Shown here: one piece after another, positions 17,427-24,648 of the stretch | Numbering within the stretch: position 1 is the stretch's first letter | Layout of the letters: each line of letters begins with the position of its first letter | DNA from: Crocosphaera subtropica ATCC 51142 | GTDB lineage: Bacteria > Cyanobacteriota > Cyanobacteriia > Cyanobacteriales > Microcystaceae | NCBI RefSeq assembly: GCF_000017845.1 | Contig: NC_010546.1 | Location: 540,001 to 572,000 of the forward strand | Direction of reading: 5' to 3' | DNA: 32,000 nt | Position numbers and translations under genes: made by a program | Notes under the pieces: generated by a model | The model's database searches: none | What the model saw: the letters and a program-made list of their open reading frames with translations, nothing else | Told to the model about the DNA's origin: nothing

Positions 17427-18546
17427 GAGACATACTCCTATTGGTTACAACATCAATTAACTCCTCAACCGTTAGACTGCGTTTCATTTGTACCGATAAA
17501 TGACGAACCGAGTCTAACACCACTTGGGACTCTTCATGGTTTAAACTAATGCCATGTTGACTCAATAAATTGGTCAATAAATGTCGTCCCGAATGCTTAC
17601 CCACCACTAAACGGCGTTTCCAACCTACCTCATCTGGGGAAAAGGGTTCGTAGGTTTGGGGGTTTTGTAAGACACCATGAGCATGAATACCAGACTCGTG
17701 GGCAAACACATTGTCCCCAACGATCGCTTTCCAAGGGGGAAGGGGAATACCGGAGGCTTTAACCACCAGTTGAGATAGTTCTCGTAGACGAGAAGTCTCC
17801 ATCCCTAAATCAACCTGATAGAGTCGTTTGAGAGCCATGATCATCTCTTCTAAGGCTGCGTTACCTGCCCTTTCTCCTAACCCATTAACGGTGGTATTCA
17901 CCGAAACCGCACCTGCTTGCAACCCCGCTAAAGCATTGGCGGTGGCTAAGCCAAAATCATTATGGGTGTGCATTTCGATAGGCATCTTGATAGACTTCAC
18001 CAATTTTCCCACTTTTTGAGCCGTGGTTAAAGGGTTAAGAATGCCCACCGTATCGCAGAAACGGAACCGAGAAGCCCCTAAACTTTCGGCAAATTGAGCT
18101 ACTTCCACTAAAAAGGACTCATCTGCCCGTGAAGCATCTTCAGCCCCCACAGAAACGAATAAATCGTGATCTAGCGCAAAATTAATACTATCTCGTAACC
18201 GATCCCAAACAAGATTAGTTTTTCCTTTAAATTTTGCCTTAATTTGTATGTCTGATACAGGAACCGAGATATGAACCCTTCTCAAGCCACAGGCAATGGA
18301 GGCTTCAATATCCGAACGTACCGCACGGTTCCAACCTAAGAGGGCGGTTTTTAATCCTTTTTGGACAATGGCGGTGATGGCTTCGGCTTCAGAGCCTCCC
18401 ATCGCAGGAATACCCACTTCCAACTCAGGAATACCGATGGCATCCATTAAACAAGCGATCGCTATTTTTTCGATGGCACTAAAAACAATACCGGCTGCTT
18501 GTTCTCCATCCCGTAGGGTTGTATCATTAACATGGACATGATTCAT
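17413..18546 (-). CDS. nifV: homocitrate synthase
   Basis: 377 aa. NDTTLRDGEQ, HTHNDFGLATAN and HESGIH are HMGL-like/homocitrate synthase motifs. Nif context supports the call. Confidence 0.93.
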   Translation of the reverse strand: MNHVHVNDTTLRDGEQAAGIVFSAIEKIAIACLMDAIGIPELEVGIPAMGGSEAEAITAIVQKGLKTALLGWNRAVRSDIEASIACGLRRVHISVPVSDIQIKAKFKGKTNLVWDRLRDSINFALDHDLFVSVGAEDASRADESFLVEVAQFAESLGASRFRFCDTVGILNPLTTAQKVGKLVKSIKMPIEMHTHNDFGLATANALAGLQAGAVSVNTTVNGLGERAGNAALEEMIMALKRLYQVDLGMETSRLRELSQLVVKASGIPLPPWKAIVGDNVFAHESGIHAHGVLQNPQTYEPFSPDEVGWKRRLVVGKHSGRHLLTNLLSQHGISLNHEESQVVLDSVRHLSVQMKRSLTVEELIDVVTNRSMSHGIV

Positions 18547-18574
18547 GGCTGAAACTCCTCAGATTAACCAATAA

Positions 18575-18787
18575 TTAGGGAAACTGGAAATAAACTTGAG
18601 CATCTAGCCAATCCCAAATTCTTTGTAATTGGGTTACTGAGATTAAGCCATATTGCCATAGGAGCATCGGGATCGGATCCCCCGGTTGCCGTTGGTTGTT
18701 GATTACAACCGCCAGATCGTCCCGTGATAGGGCCATTTCTTGTTGTAAAAATTGACTGAATTCTGTAGAAATTGAATTGTTTTCCAT
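18575..18787 (-). CDS. small conserved cyanobacterial protein (possibly DUF2949-like)
   Basis: The ATG at 18787 gives 70 aa; the ORF track used an upstream TTG at 18814. The PIPMLLWQYGLISVTQLQRIWDWL block resembles that family from memory. It ends 28 nt before nifV. Confidence 0.6.
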   Translation of the reverse strand: MENNSISTEFSQFLQQEMALSRDDLAVVINNQRQPGDPIPMLLWQYGLISVTQLQRIWDWLDAQVYFQFP

Positions 18788-18826
18788 GACAGCACTGAAA
18801 CGTTCAGTTATCAACAGTGTTAGGTA

Positions 18827-18863
18827 CTATGGCACTCAAGAAGATCGACTTTCTTGGCCATAG
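18827..18863 (-). promoter_or_regulatory. 13-bp interrupted hairpin in the leader/promoter region of the small-ORF-nifV-nifZ-nifT unit
   Basis: CTATGGC pairs with GCCATAG (7 bp) and CAAGAA with TTCTTG (6 bp). There is a 3-nt bulge and an 8-nt loop. Confidence 0.4.
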
Positions 18864-19050
18864 CACGATAACCGAGAAAACCACAAAGAGGCTTAAGAGG
18901 AATAAGAAAGCAAACTTTACGAATAATAATAATTAACCTTAATTGAGGGTAAAACCCCAGATAAGGGCAATTGATTACTAAATTTTCCCAGTATAGTACA
19001 GGTGGTCTAGGCTAAGAGATAAGGCAAAACATCACAGTCCCACTGTTGCT

Positions 19051-19148
19051 TCTCTTGGTGAGCATTTCCTTGCGCCCTTCGAGTCCGCCACTTGGGATAC
19101 CCCAAGACCGCAGTGGACTCACCGTAAGATGGTGCGGGGTTTCACCGC
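19051..19148 (-). repeat. GC-rich hairpin element, long form (98 nt), abutting a stop codon
   Basis: The minus-sense sequence is GCGGTGAAACCCCGC, a 52-nt insert, then CGAAGGGCGCAAGGAAATGCTCACCAAGAGA. The flanks match 24485-24535 at 13/15 and 29/31 positions. Confidence 0.8.
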
Positions 19149-19432
19149 TATTGCCTATTTTGATAAGACTTAATAGACTCAGAATCAACAGTATCCCAAC
19201 ATCGCTCCAGCCAGTCTACCAACTCTTGACGAGGAGCGATCGCCCCATAGATAGCACTGCGGAGTAAAATAGCATGGAGGCCATGTTCTATTTCTACCCA
19301 CAAGGAGCCATCTTCAGGACACCAGCAGGGAATGGTTAATTCTTGGAGACGTTGGTAAACACTCCAACGATCGCAACGAGAAACTTTCTCAACTTGACTG
19401 ATTAGAGCATCAGAATGGTAAGGTTGCATCAT
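19148..19432 (-). CDS. small conserved hypothetical protein (possibly Asr1405/Asl0597-like)
   Basis: A start at the internal ATG (MMQPYHSD...) gives 94 aa and avoids overlapping cysE. The motif is RLQELTIPCWCPEDGSLWVE. The family name is tentative. Confidence 0.6.
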   Translation of the reverse strand: MMQPYHSDALISQVEKVSRCDRWSVYQRLQELTIPCWCPEDGSLWVEIEHGLHAILLRSAIYGAIAPRQELVDWLERCWDTVDSESIKSYQNRQ

Positions 19433-19448
19433 AATTGTAAAGTAAAGG

Positions 19449-20159
19449 TCAAGGTAGTTTTTGTATCTTTTGTTCCAATTCTTCAATTCGGTCTAGTAAA
19501 CTCCGAATGACTTGGCCCTCAACATCGGGTAATTTGCCGTGTTCTAAAGGACAACCCCGACCACTACGGGAGATAATACGACCAGGAACGCCTACTACCG
19601 TGCAATCATGGGGAACATCGCTTAAAACGATTGATCCGGCTCCAATACGGACATGATTGCCAATTTCGATGTTGCCTAATACTTTTGCCCCGGCTCCCAC
19701 AATGACTGAATTGCCTAGAGTGGGATGGCGTTTACCACTTTCTTTACCCGTCCCCCCTAGGGTGACATTTTGGTAAATGAGGCAATAATCACCAATAATC
19801 GCTGTTTCCCCAATGACCACCCCCATACCATGATCGATAAACACCCCTTGGCCAAGAGTCGCCCCTGGATGAATTTCGATTCCCGTAAGAAAACGGGCAA
19901 TATGAGAGAGAAAACGGGGAAAAAAAGGCAAATTGCGATGCCATAATTCGTGGGAAAGACGATGGATCGCCAAAGCGTGTAAACCTGGATAGCAACACAC
20001 CACTTCTAACCAATTACGGGCTGCGGGATCTCTTTCAAAAATGATTTGAAAATCCTTCCGCAAAAAGCTTAATAGGTTAGGTCGAGAAGTGCGCGGTTCA
20101 GAAATAGAGCTTTCTGACGGACTTCCACGACGCTCTCTGACAGGGAGTGATCCAAACAT
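19449..20159 (-). CDS. cysE: serine O-acetyltransferase, nif-cluster copy (NifP-like)
   Basis: 236 aa with the left-handed beta-helix hexapeptide region GIEIHPGATLG...DHGMGVVIGETA...LGGTG. It is divergent from nifB. Confidence 0.9.
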   Translation of the reverse strand: MFGSLPVRERRGSPSESSISEPRTSRPNLLSFLRKDFQIIFERDPAARNWLEVVCCYPGLHALAIHRLSHELWHRNLPFFPRFLSHIARFLTGIEIHPGATLGQGVFIDHGMGVVIGETAIIGDYCLIYQNVTLGGTGKESGKRHPTLGNSVIVGAGAKVLGNIEIGNHVRIGAGSIVLSDVPHDCTVVGVPGRIISRSGRGCPLEHGKLPDVEGQVIRSLLDRIEELEQKIQKLP

Positions 20160-20310
20160 TAAATTCCGTGCTTGCGCATAGACTTAGTTGTTATGCTTAT
20201 ACCAAGTCCCCTCTCTTACCCATGTCCAAAGATGGTGAGTCATATTGATCTAGTTTATTAATGGTTGAAGCCGATTGACCAAAGTTAGATGTATTCAACC
20301 TTTTAGGGGG

Positions 20311-20407
20311 TTTAAAAATTTTTTTTGGGTCGAGGGTCTAGTATTTTTCTATGGGGGATAGAGTATTTTTCAGGTGAGGGGTTTGTATTTCTGTACTCAG
20401 TGGGAAT
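20311..20407 (+). repeat. left arm: T-tract, two G-rich heptamers, then three 22-bp-phased GTATTT...G-run units ending TGTACTCA
   Basis: GTATTT starts at 20341, 20363 and 20385. TGTACTCA is at 20392-20399. Confidence 0.85.
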
Positions 20408-20664
20408 GATGATTCTGCAAGACTTTGACCCTTGTTTTTGCCCAATCATAGCGTAGATAACTGACCACTCAAAATTAAAAAACTATAAAAGGGCTATAAG
20501 TCTCATTAAATCTACACTTGAGCTATATTATCCCTAAAAAACTCGAACAACACAGTTCATAGCAAATCTATCAACGAGAAAATGTTACATTGGATACAGA
20601 ATTGAATTCCGTGACAGCACTGGGGAGGCAAGAGGAAGCTAACTCGGTGTTTCTTTTCCCAAGA

Positions 20665-20686
20665 GGGAACAGGGAATAGGGAATAG
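20665..20686. repeat. tandem heptamer array GGGAACA GGGAATA GGGAATA
   Basis: Direct reading. It is followed at 20701-20728 by partly complementary CCCTATC CCTAAGT CCTAACC CCTATTC, so AGGGAATAGGG can pair with CCCTATCCCT. Confidence 0.85.
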
Positions 20687-20793
20687 TAAAAGTTATTAAG
20701 CCCTATCCCTAAGTCCTAACCCCTATTCTGAGTATAAAACTAGAAGAGGAAAAACAAGAGAATAAGAGAGCCAAAGCCTTATGTAATAAGACT

Positions 20794-20890
20794 TAGACCT
20801 TGAGTACAAAAAAGCCAGAGTCCCCCCGTAAAAATACAGAAGCCTCCCCTCGTAAATACCTGTACCCCGTACCCCTAAAAAAAATTTAAT
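20794..20890 (-). repeat. right arm: inverted copy of the 20311-20407 array
   Basis: On the minus strand GTATTT starts at 20859 and 20837, and a degenerate GCTTTT at 20815, all in 22-nt steps. TGTACTCA is the reverse complement of 20801-20808. Confidence 0.85.
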
Positions 20891-21117
20891 TAGGCTCAAA
20901 CCCTCGCAACATAAAGGTTTTGAGTCTATGAGTACAATTTAAGTAATCCAATGAATCCCAACCCACTCACCCTCACCGCACCCAAAATGAGGGGGGTGGT
21001 ATAAATGACATAACGCCGAAGACATACAGTTCATTGTTTTACCCTTTGCTCTTACTAAGCCTCTGACAATTCCTCTTACAGTCAGGCTTTAGCTCACCCT
21101 CTAACTTACGGAATTCA

Positions 21118-22590
21118 ATGTTACAATCTACAGGTCTCATTAACACTGACGCATCTACGGCTAATCCAACAACTGCGCCGGGAACCTCATTTATTCCCAA
21201 AGCAAAAGGAGATTGTGCTTGTCCCTCAAGTGGGGATAGTACACAAACCATAGATGCAAAGATTCAAGAAAGAATTGCCAAACACCCTTGTTACAGTGAA
21301 GATGCCCATCATCACTATGCACGGATGCACGTCGCCGTCGCCCCTGCTTGTAACATTCAATGCAACTATTGTAACCGCAAATACGACTGTGCCAACGAAA
21401 GTCGGCCAGGAGTGGTTAGTGAAGTTTTAACCCCAGAAGAAGCAGCCCATAAAGCATTAGTAATTGGTGGAAAAATTCCCCAAATGACTGTATTAGGTAT
21501 TGCCGGTCCTGGTGATCCTTTAGCGAACCCCAAACAAACCTTTCGCACCTTTGAATTAGTAGCAGATAAAGCCCCCGATATTAAACTCTGCTTATCCAGT
21601 AACGGATTAATGTTACCGGAATACGTTGATCGCATTAAAGAACTCAACATCGATCATGTCACCCTCACCATTAATATGATCGACCCCGAAATTGGGGAAA
21701 AAATTTATCCTTGGGTTCGGTATAATCGGAAACGATATAAAGGCATAGAAGGGGTTAAGATACTTCATGAGAAACAAATGGAGTCCCTTGATGCCCTCAA
21801 AGAAGCGGATATCCTCTGCAAAGTGAACTCCGTCATGATTCCAGGAATCAACGACGAACACTTAGCCGAAGTTAATGAAGTCATTCGTTCTAAAGGTGCA
21901 TTTCTCCACAATATTATGCCCTTGATTTCTGCCCCTGAACACGGTACTCATTTCGGTTTGACCGGACAAAGAGGCCCCACCCCTAAAGAGCTAAAAGCTT
22001 TACAGGATAAGTGTTCTGGCAACATGAAAATGATGCGTCACTGCCGTCAATGTCGCGCTGATGCTGTTGGGCTACTCGGAGAAGATCGCTCTCAAGAGTT
22101 TACCAAAGATAAATTCTTAGAAATGGCTCCTGAGTATGATGTTGCTCAACGTCAAGAAGTTCACGCCAACATCGAAAAATTCACCGCCGAATTTAAAGCA
22201 ACCAAAGCACAACAAAAAGCCCAAAAGAAAGCCAACGCACCTAAAATTTTAGTGGCAGTAGCAACCAAAGGCAACCGCTTAGTGAACCAGCATTTCGGCC
22301 ACGCCAAAGAATTTCAAATCTTTGAAGTGGATGGCACTGATGTCACCTTTGTCGCACACCGTAAAGTGGATCACTACTGTCAAAGCGGCTACGGCGAAGA
22401 AGCAACCCTCGATAACATTATTAAATCTATCTCCGACTGTAAAGGGGTACTCGCTTCAAAAATCGGTCATTGTCCTCAAGAAGAATTACGCAAAGCCGGT
22501 TTAGAACCTTACGAAGCTTACGATGTCATCGATAACGTTGCCATCAACTTCTACAAAGATTATATGCAAAAACAAGCATTAGGAGCCTAA
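21118..22590 (+). CDS. nifB: FeMo-cofactor biosynthesis radical SAM protein NifB (with C-terminal NifX-like domain)
   Basis: 490 aa. It has the [14 protein letters not shown] radical-SAM cluster motif and a C-terminal [26 protein letters not shown] NifX/NifB-type domain. Confidence 0.95.
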   Translation: MLQSTGLINTDASTANPTTAPGTSFIPKAKGDCACPSSGDSTQTIDAKIQERIAKHPCYSEDAHHHYARMHVAVAPACNIQCNYCNRKYDCANESRPGVVSEVLTPEEAAHKALVIGGKIPQMTVLGIAGPGDPLANPKQTFRTFELVADKAPDIKLCLSSNGLMLPEYVDRIKELNIDHVTLTINMIDPEIGEKIYPWVRYNRKRYKGIEGVKILHEKQMESLDALKEADILCKVNSVMIPGINDEHLAEVNEVIRSKGAFLHNIMPLISAPEHGTHFGLTGQRGPTPKELKALQDKCSGNMKMMRHCRQCRADAVGLLGEDRSQEFTKDKFLEMAPEYDVAQRQEVHANIEKFTAEFKATKAQQKAQKKANAPKILVAVATKGNRLVNQHFGHAKEFQIFEVDGTDVTFVAHRKVDHYCQSGYGEEATLDNIIKSISDCKGVLASKIGHCPQEELRKAGLEPYEAYDVIDNVAINFYKDYMQKQALGA

Positions 22591-22593
22591 TGA

Positions 22594-22794
22594 ATGATTG
22601 ATACCCTTAGCTATCGTCCTCAATCTTCTTTAGTTTCTTCAACCCGAAGTTCTCAAACCACCGTCATCAACCCTTCCGGTTCAAATTCAACCCAAACGGA
22701 AAATAACTGTAATACTTGCGTTGATGACTATTCTATTCCTCCCTGTACCGGGTTTTCTAAAGACTACAGTTGTTTTCCTAGCCTAAACAATTAG
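22594..22794 (+). CDS. hypothetical 66-aa Ser/Thr/Asn-rich protein with four C-terminal cysteines
   Basis: AGGAG at 22581-22585 lies 8 nt upstream of the ATG, inside the nifB 3' end. The ORF fills the nifB-fdxN gap and its codon choice resembles neighbouring nif genes. I know of no homolog. Confidence 0.4.
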   Translation: MIDTLSYRPQSSLVSSTRSSQTTVINPSGSNSTQTENNCNTCVDDYSIPPCTGFSKDYSCFPSLNN

Positions 22795-22812
22795 TATCGG
22801 AGCGATCGCATC

Positions 22813-23175
22813 ATGAGTTACACTATCACCAATGAATGTATTAACTGTTCTCGTTGTCGGAGTGCTTGTCCGACGGGGGCTATTACCATACAGGATAATG
22901 TATTTCTGATCGATGCGACGCTGTGTAATGATTGTCAAGGTTATTATGGAACCCCCCAGTGTGCCTCGGTATGTCCGACCAACTCTGCTTGTTTACCGTC
23001 TTATCAAGTCACTGGGGGCAGTGAAAACCAAATGGCTGACTATTGGGATATTTGGTTTAACCGTTATCACAACTTAGTCAGCAACCTCAAAGGAAAACAA
23101 ACAAGTCCTTACTGGGAACAGTGGTTTGATGCTTACTCCCAAGAAATTTCAACCTTAATGACAGCTAATAGTTAA
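22813..23175 (+). CDS. fdxN: 2[4Fe-4S] ferredoxin FdxN
   Basis: 120 aa with CINCSRCRSACP and CNDCQG...CASVCP cluster motifs. It sits between nifB and nifS, as in other cyanobacteria. Confidence 0.9.
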   Translation: MSYTITNECINCSRCRSACPTGAITIQDNVFLIDATLCNDCQGYYGTPQCASVCPTNSACLPSYQVTGGSENQMADYWDIWFNRYHNLVSNLKGKQTSPYWEQWFDAYSQEISTLMTANS

Positions 23176-23180
23176 GCATA

Positions 23181-23203
23181 AGGCAATAGGCAACAGGCAA
23201 CAG
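23181..23203. repeat. tandem heptamer array AGGCAAT AGGCAAC AGGCAAC
   Basis: Direct reading immediately after the fdxN stop. Confidence 0.9.
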
Positions 23204-23211
23204 CGTTAAAC

Positions 23212-23252
<41 letters not shown>

Positions 23253-23272
23253 AAGACTTCTGGTACAAACTG

Positions 23273-24475
23273 ATGAGAGACTGTATATATCTAGACAATA
23301 ATGCAACCACCCAAATAGACGAGGAAGTGCTGGGCGCAATGATGCCCTATCTTACCCTCTATTATGGCAACCCCTCCAGTATGCACACCTTCGGTGGACA
23401 AGTGGGAAAAGCCGTTAAAACCGCCAGGGAACAAGTCGCATCCTTACTCGGTGCCGAACCTTCAGAAATTATTTTTACCAGTTGCGGAACCGAAGGGGAT
23501 AATGCAGCTATCCGTGCAGCCCTCACCGCTCAACCTAATAAACGTCATATTATTACAACAGAAGTAGAACATCCTGCGGTTTTAAACCTTTGCAGACATT
23601 TAGAAAAACAAGGATATACTGTCACTTATCTAGGGGTAGATAGTCAAGGAAGATTGGATCTCGATGAAGTGCAAGCTTCTATCACTGGTGGCACCGCTCT
23701 TGTTACCATCATGTACGCTAACAATGAAACTGGTGTCGTCTTCCCCATCGAACAAGTGGGAGCTTTAGCCAAAGAATATGGAGCCTTATTCCATGTTGAT
23801 GCAGTGCAAGCTGTAGGGAAAATTCCTCTAGACATGAGCAGTAGCACCATCGATATGCTCACCCTCTCCGGTCATAAAGTTCATGGGCCTAAAGGCATTG
23901 GTGCTTTATATGTGCGTAAAGGAACCCGTTTTCGTCCCTTTATGGTGGGAGGCCATCAAGAAAGGGGCCGCCGCGCCGGAACGGAAAATGTACCTGGTAT
24001 CGTAGCATTAGGGAAAGCTTGTGAATTAGCAGAATCTCACCTCGCTAATATCTCTCACGAAAGACAATTAAGAGATTATTTAGAAACCAGCATTCTCACC
24101 CTAATTCCTGATACAGTAGTAAATGGAAGCACAAAAGAAAGATTACCTAACACCACTAATATTGGTTTTAAATATATCGAAGGCGAAGCCATTTTACTCT
24201 CCATGAATCAGTACGGCATCTGTGCCTCTTCTGGTTCGGCTTGTACCTCTGGTTCCCTTGAACCTTCTCATGTCTTAAGAGCTATGGGACTCCCCTATAG
24301 TGTTCTGCACGGTTCCATTCGCTTTAGTCTCTCTCGCTATACCACCCAGGATGAGATCGACCGTGTCATTGAAGTTTTACCTGATACCATTGCACGTTTG
24401 CGATCGCTGTCTCCCTTTAGTAGCGATGACGCAACCTGGTTACAAGAACAAGAAAAAGCAACTTTAGCTAAGTAG
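23273..24475 (+). CDS. nifS: cysteine desulfurase NifS
   Basis: 400 aa. It has the PLP-lysine motif SGHKVHGPKGIG and the active-site loop SSGSACTSG. Confidence 0.95.
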   Translation: MRDCIYLDNNATTQIDEEVLGAMMPYLTLYYGNPSSMHTFGGQVGKAVKTAREQVASLLGAEPSEIIFTSCGTEGDNAAIRAALTAQPNKRHIITTEVEHPAVLNLCRHLEKQGYTVTYLGVDSQGRLDLDEVQASITGGTALVTIMYANNETGVVFPIEQVGALAKEYGALFHVDAVQAVGKIPLDMSSSTIDMLTLSGHKVHGPKGIGALYVRKGTRFRPFMVGGHQERGRRAGTENVPGIVALGKACELAESHLANISHERQLRDYLETSILTLIPDTVVNGSTKERLPNTTNIGFKYIEGEAILLSMNQYGICASSGSACTSGSLEPSHVLRAMGLPYSVLHGSIRFSLSRYTTQDEIDRVIEVLPDTIARLRSLSPFSSDDATWLQEQEKATLAK

Positions 24476-24484
24476 GAGTCAGGA

Positions 24485-24535
24485 GCGGTCAGACCCCGCG
24501 CCGCCGAAGGGCGCAAGGGAATGCTGACCAAGAGA
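24485..24535 (+). repeat. GC-rich hairpin element, short form (51 nt), inserted in a (GAGTCAG)n array 10 nt after the nifS stop
   Basis: GCGGTCAGACCCCGCGCCGCCGAAGGGCGCAAGGGAATGCTGACCAAGAGA. The outer stem is GGTCAG/CTGACC and the inner stem GCGCC/GGCGC. It could also act as a terminator or RNA stabiliser. Confidence 0.8.
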
Positions 24536-24554
24536 GTCAGGACTCAGGAGTCAG
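24534..24554. repeat. tandem heptamer array GAGTCAG GACTCAG GAGTCAG (reverse-complement family of CTCCTGA)
   Basis: Direct reading. A further AGGAGTCAGGAG lies at 24474-24485. Confidence 0.9.
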
Positions 24555-24648
24555 AATAAATATCTCCCCAGACTCCCCACCCCTCCCACACTTCCTATCT
24601 TTAACCCAACCAATAATTAACTTGACAACTAATATCTGGTAACTGCTC

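Noticed and set aside
19046-19267. 73-aa plus-strand ORF
   Set aside because: It is built from the GC-rich repeat element and the antisense strand of a better-supported minus-strand CDS. I judge it spurious.
21000-21005. TATAAA hexamer as the nifB -10 box
   Set aside because: It is a plausible -10 about 112 nt upstream of the ATG. It is a single AT-rich hexamer in AT-rich DNA with no recognisable partner element, so it is not reportable without TSS data.
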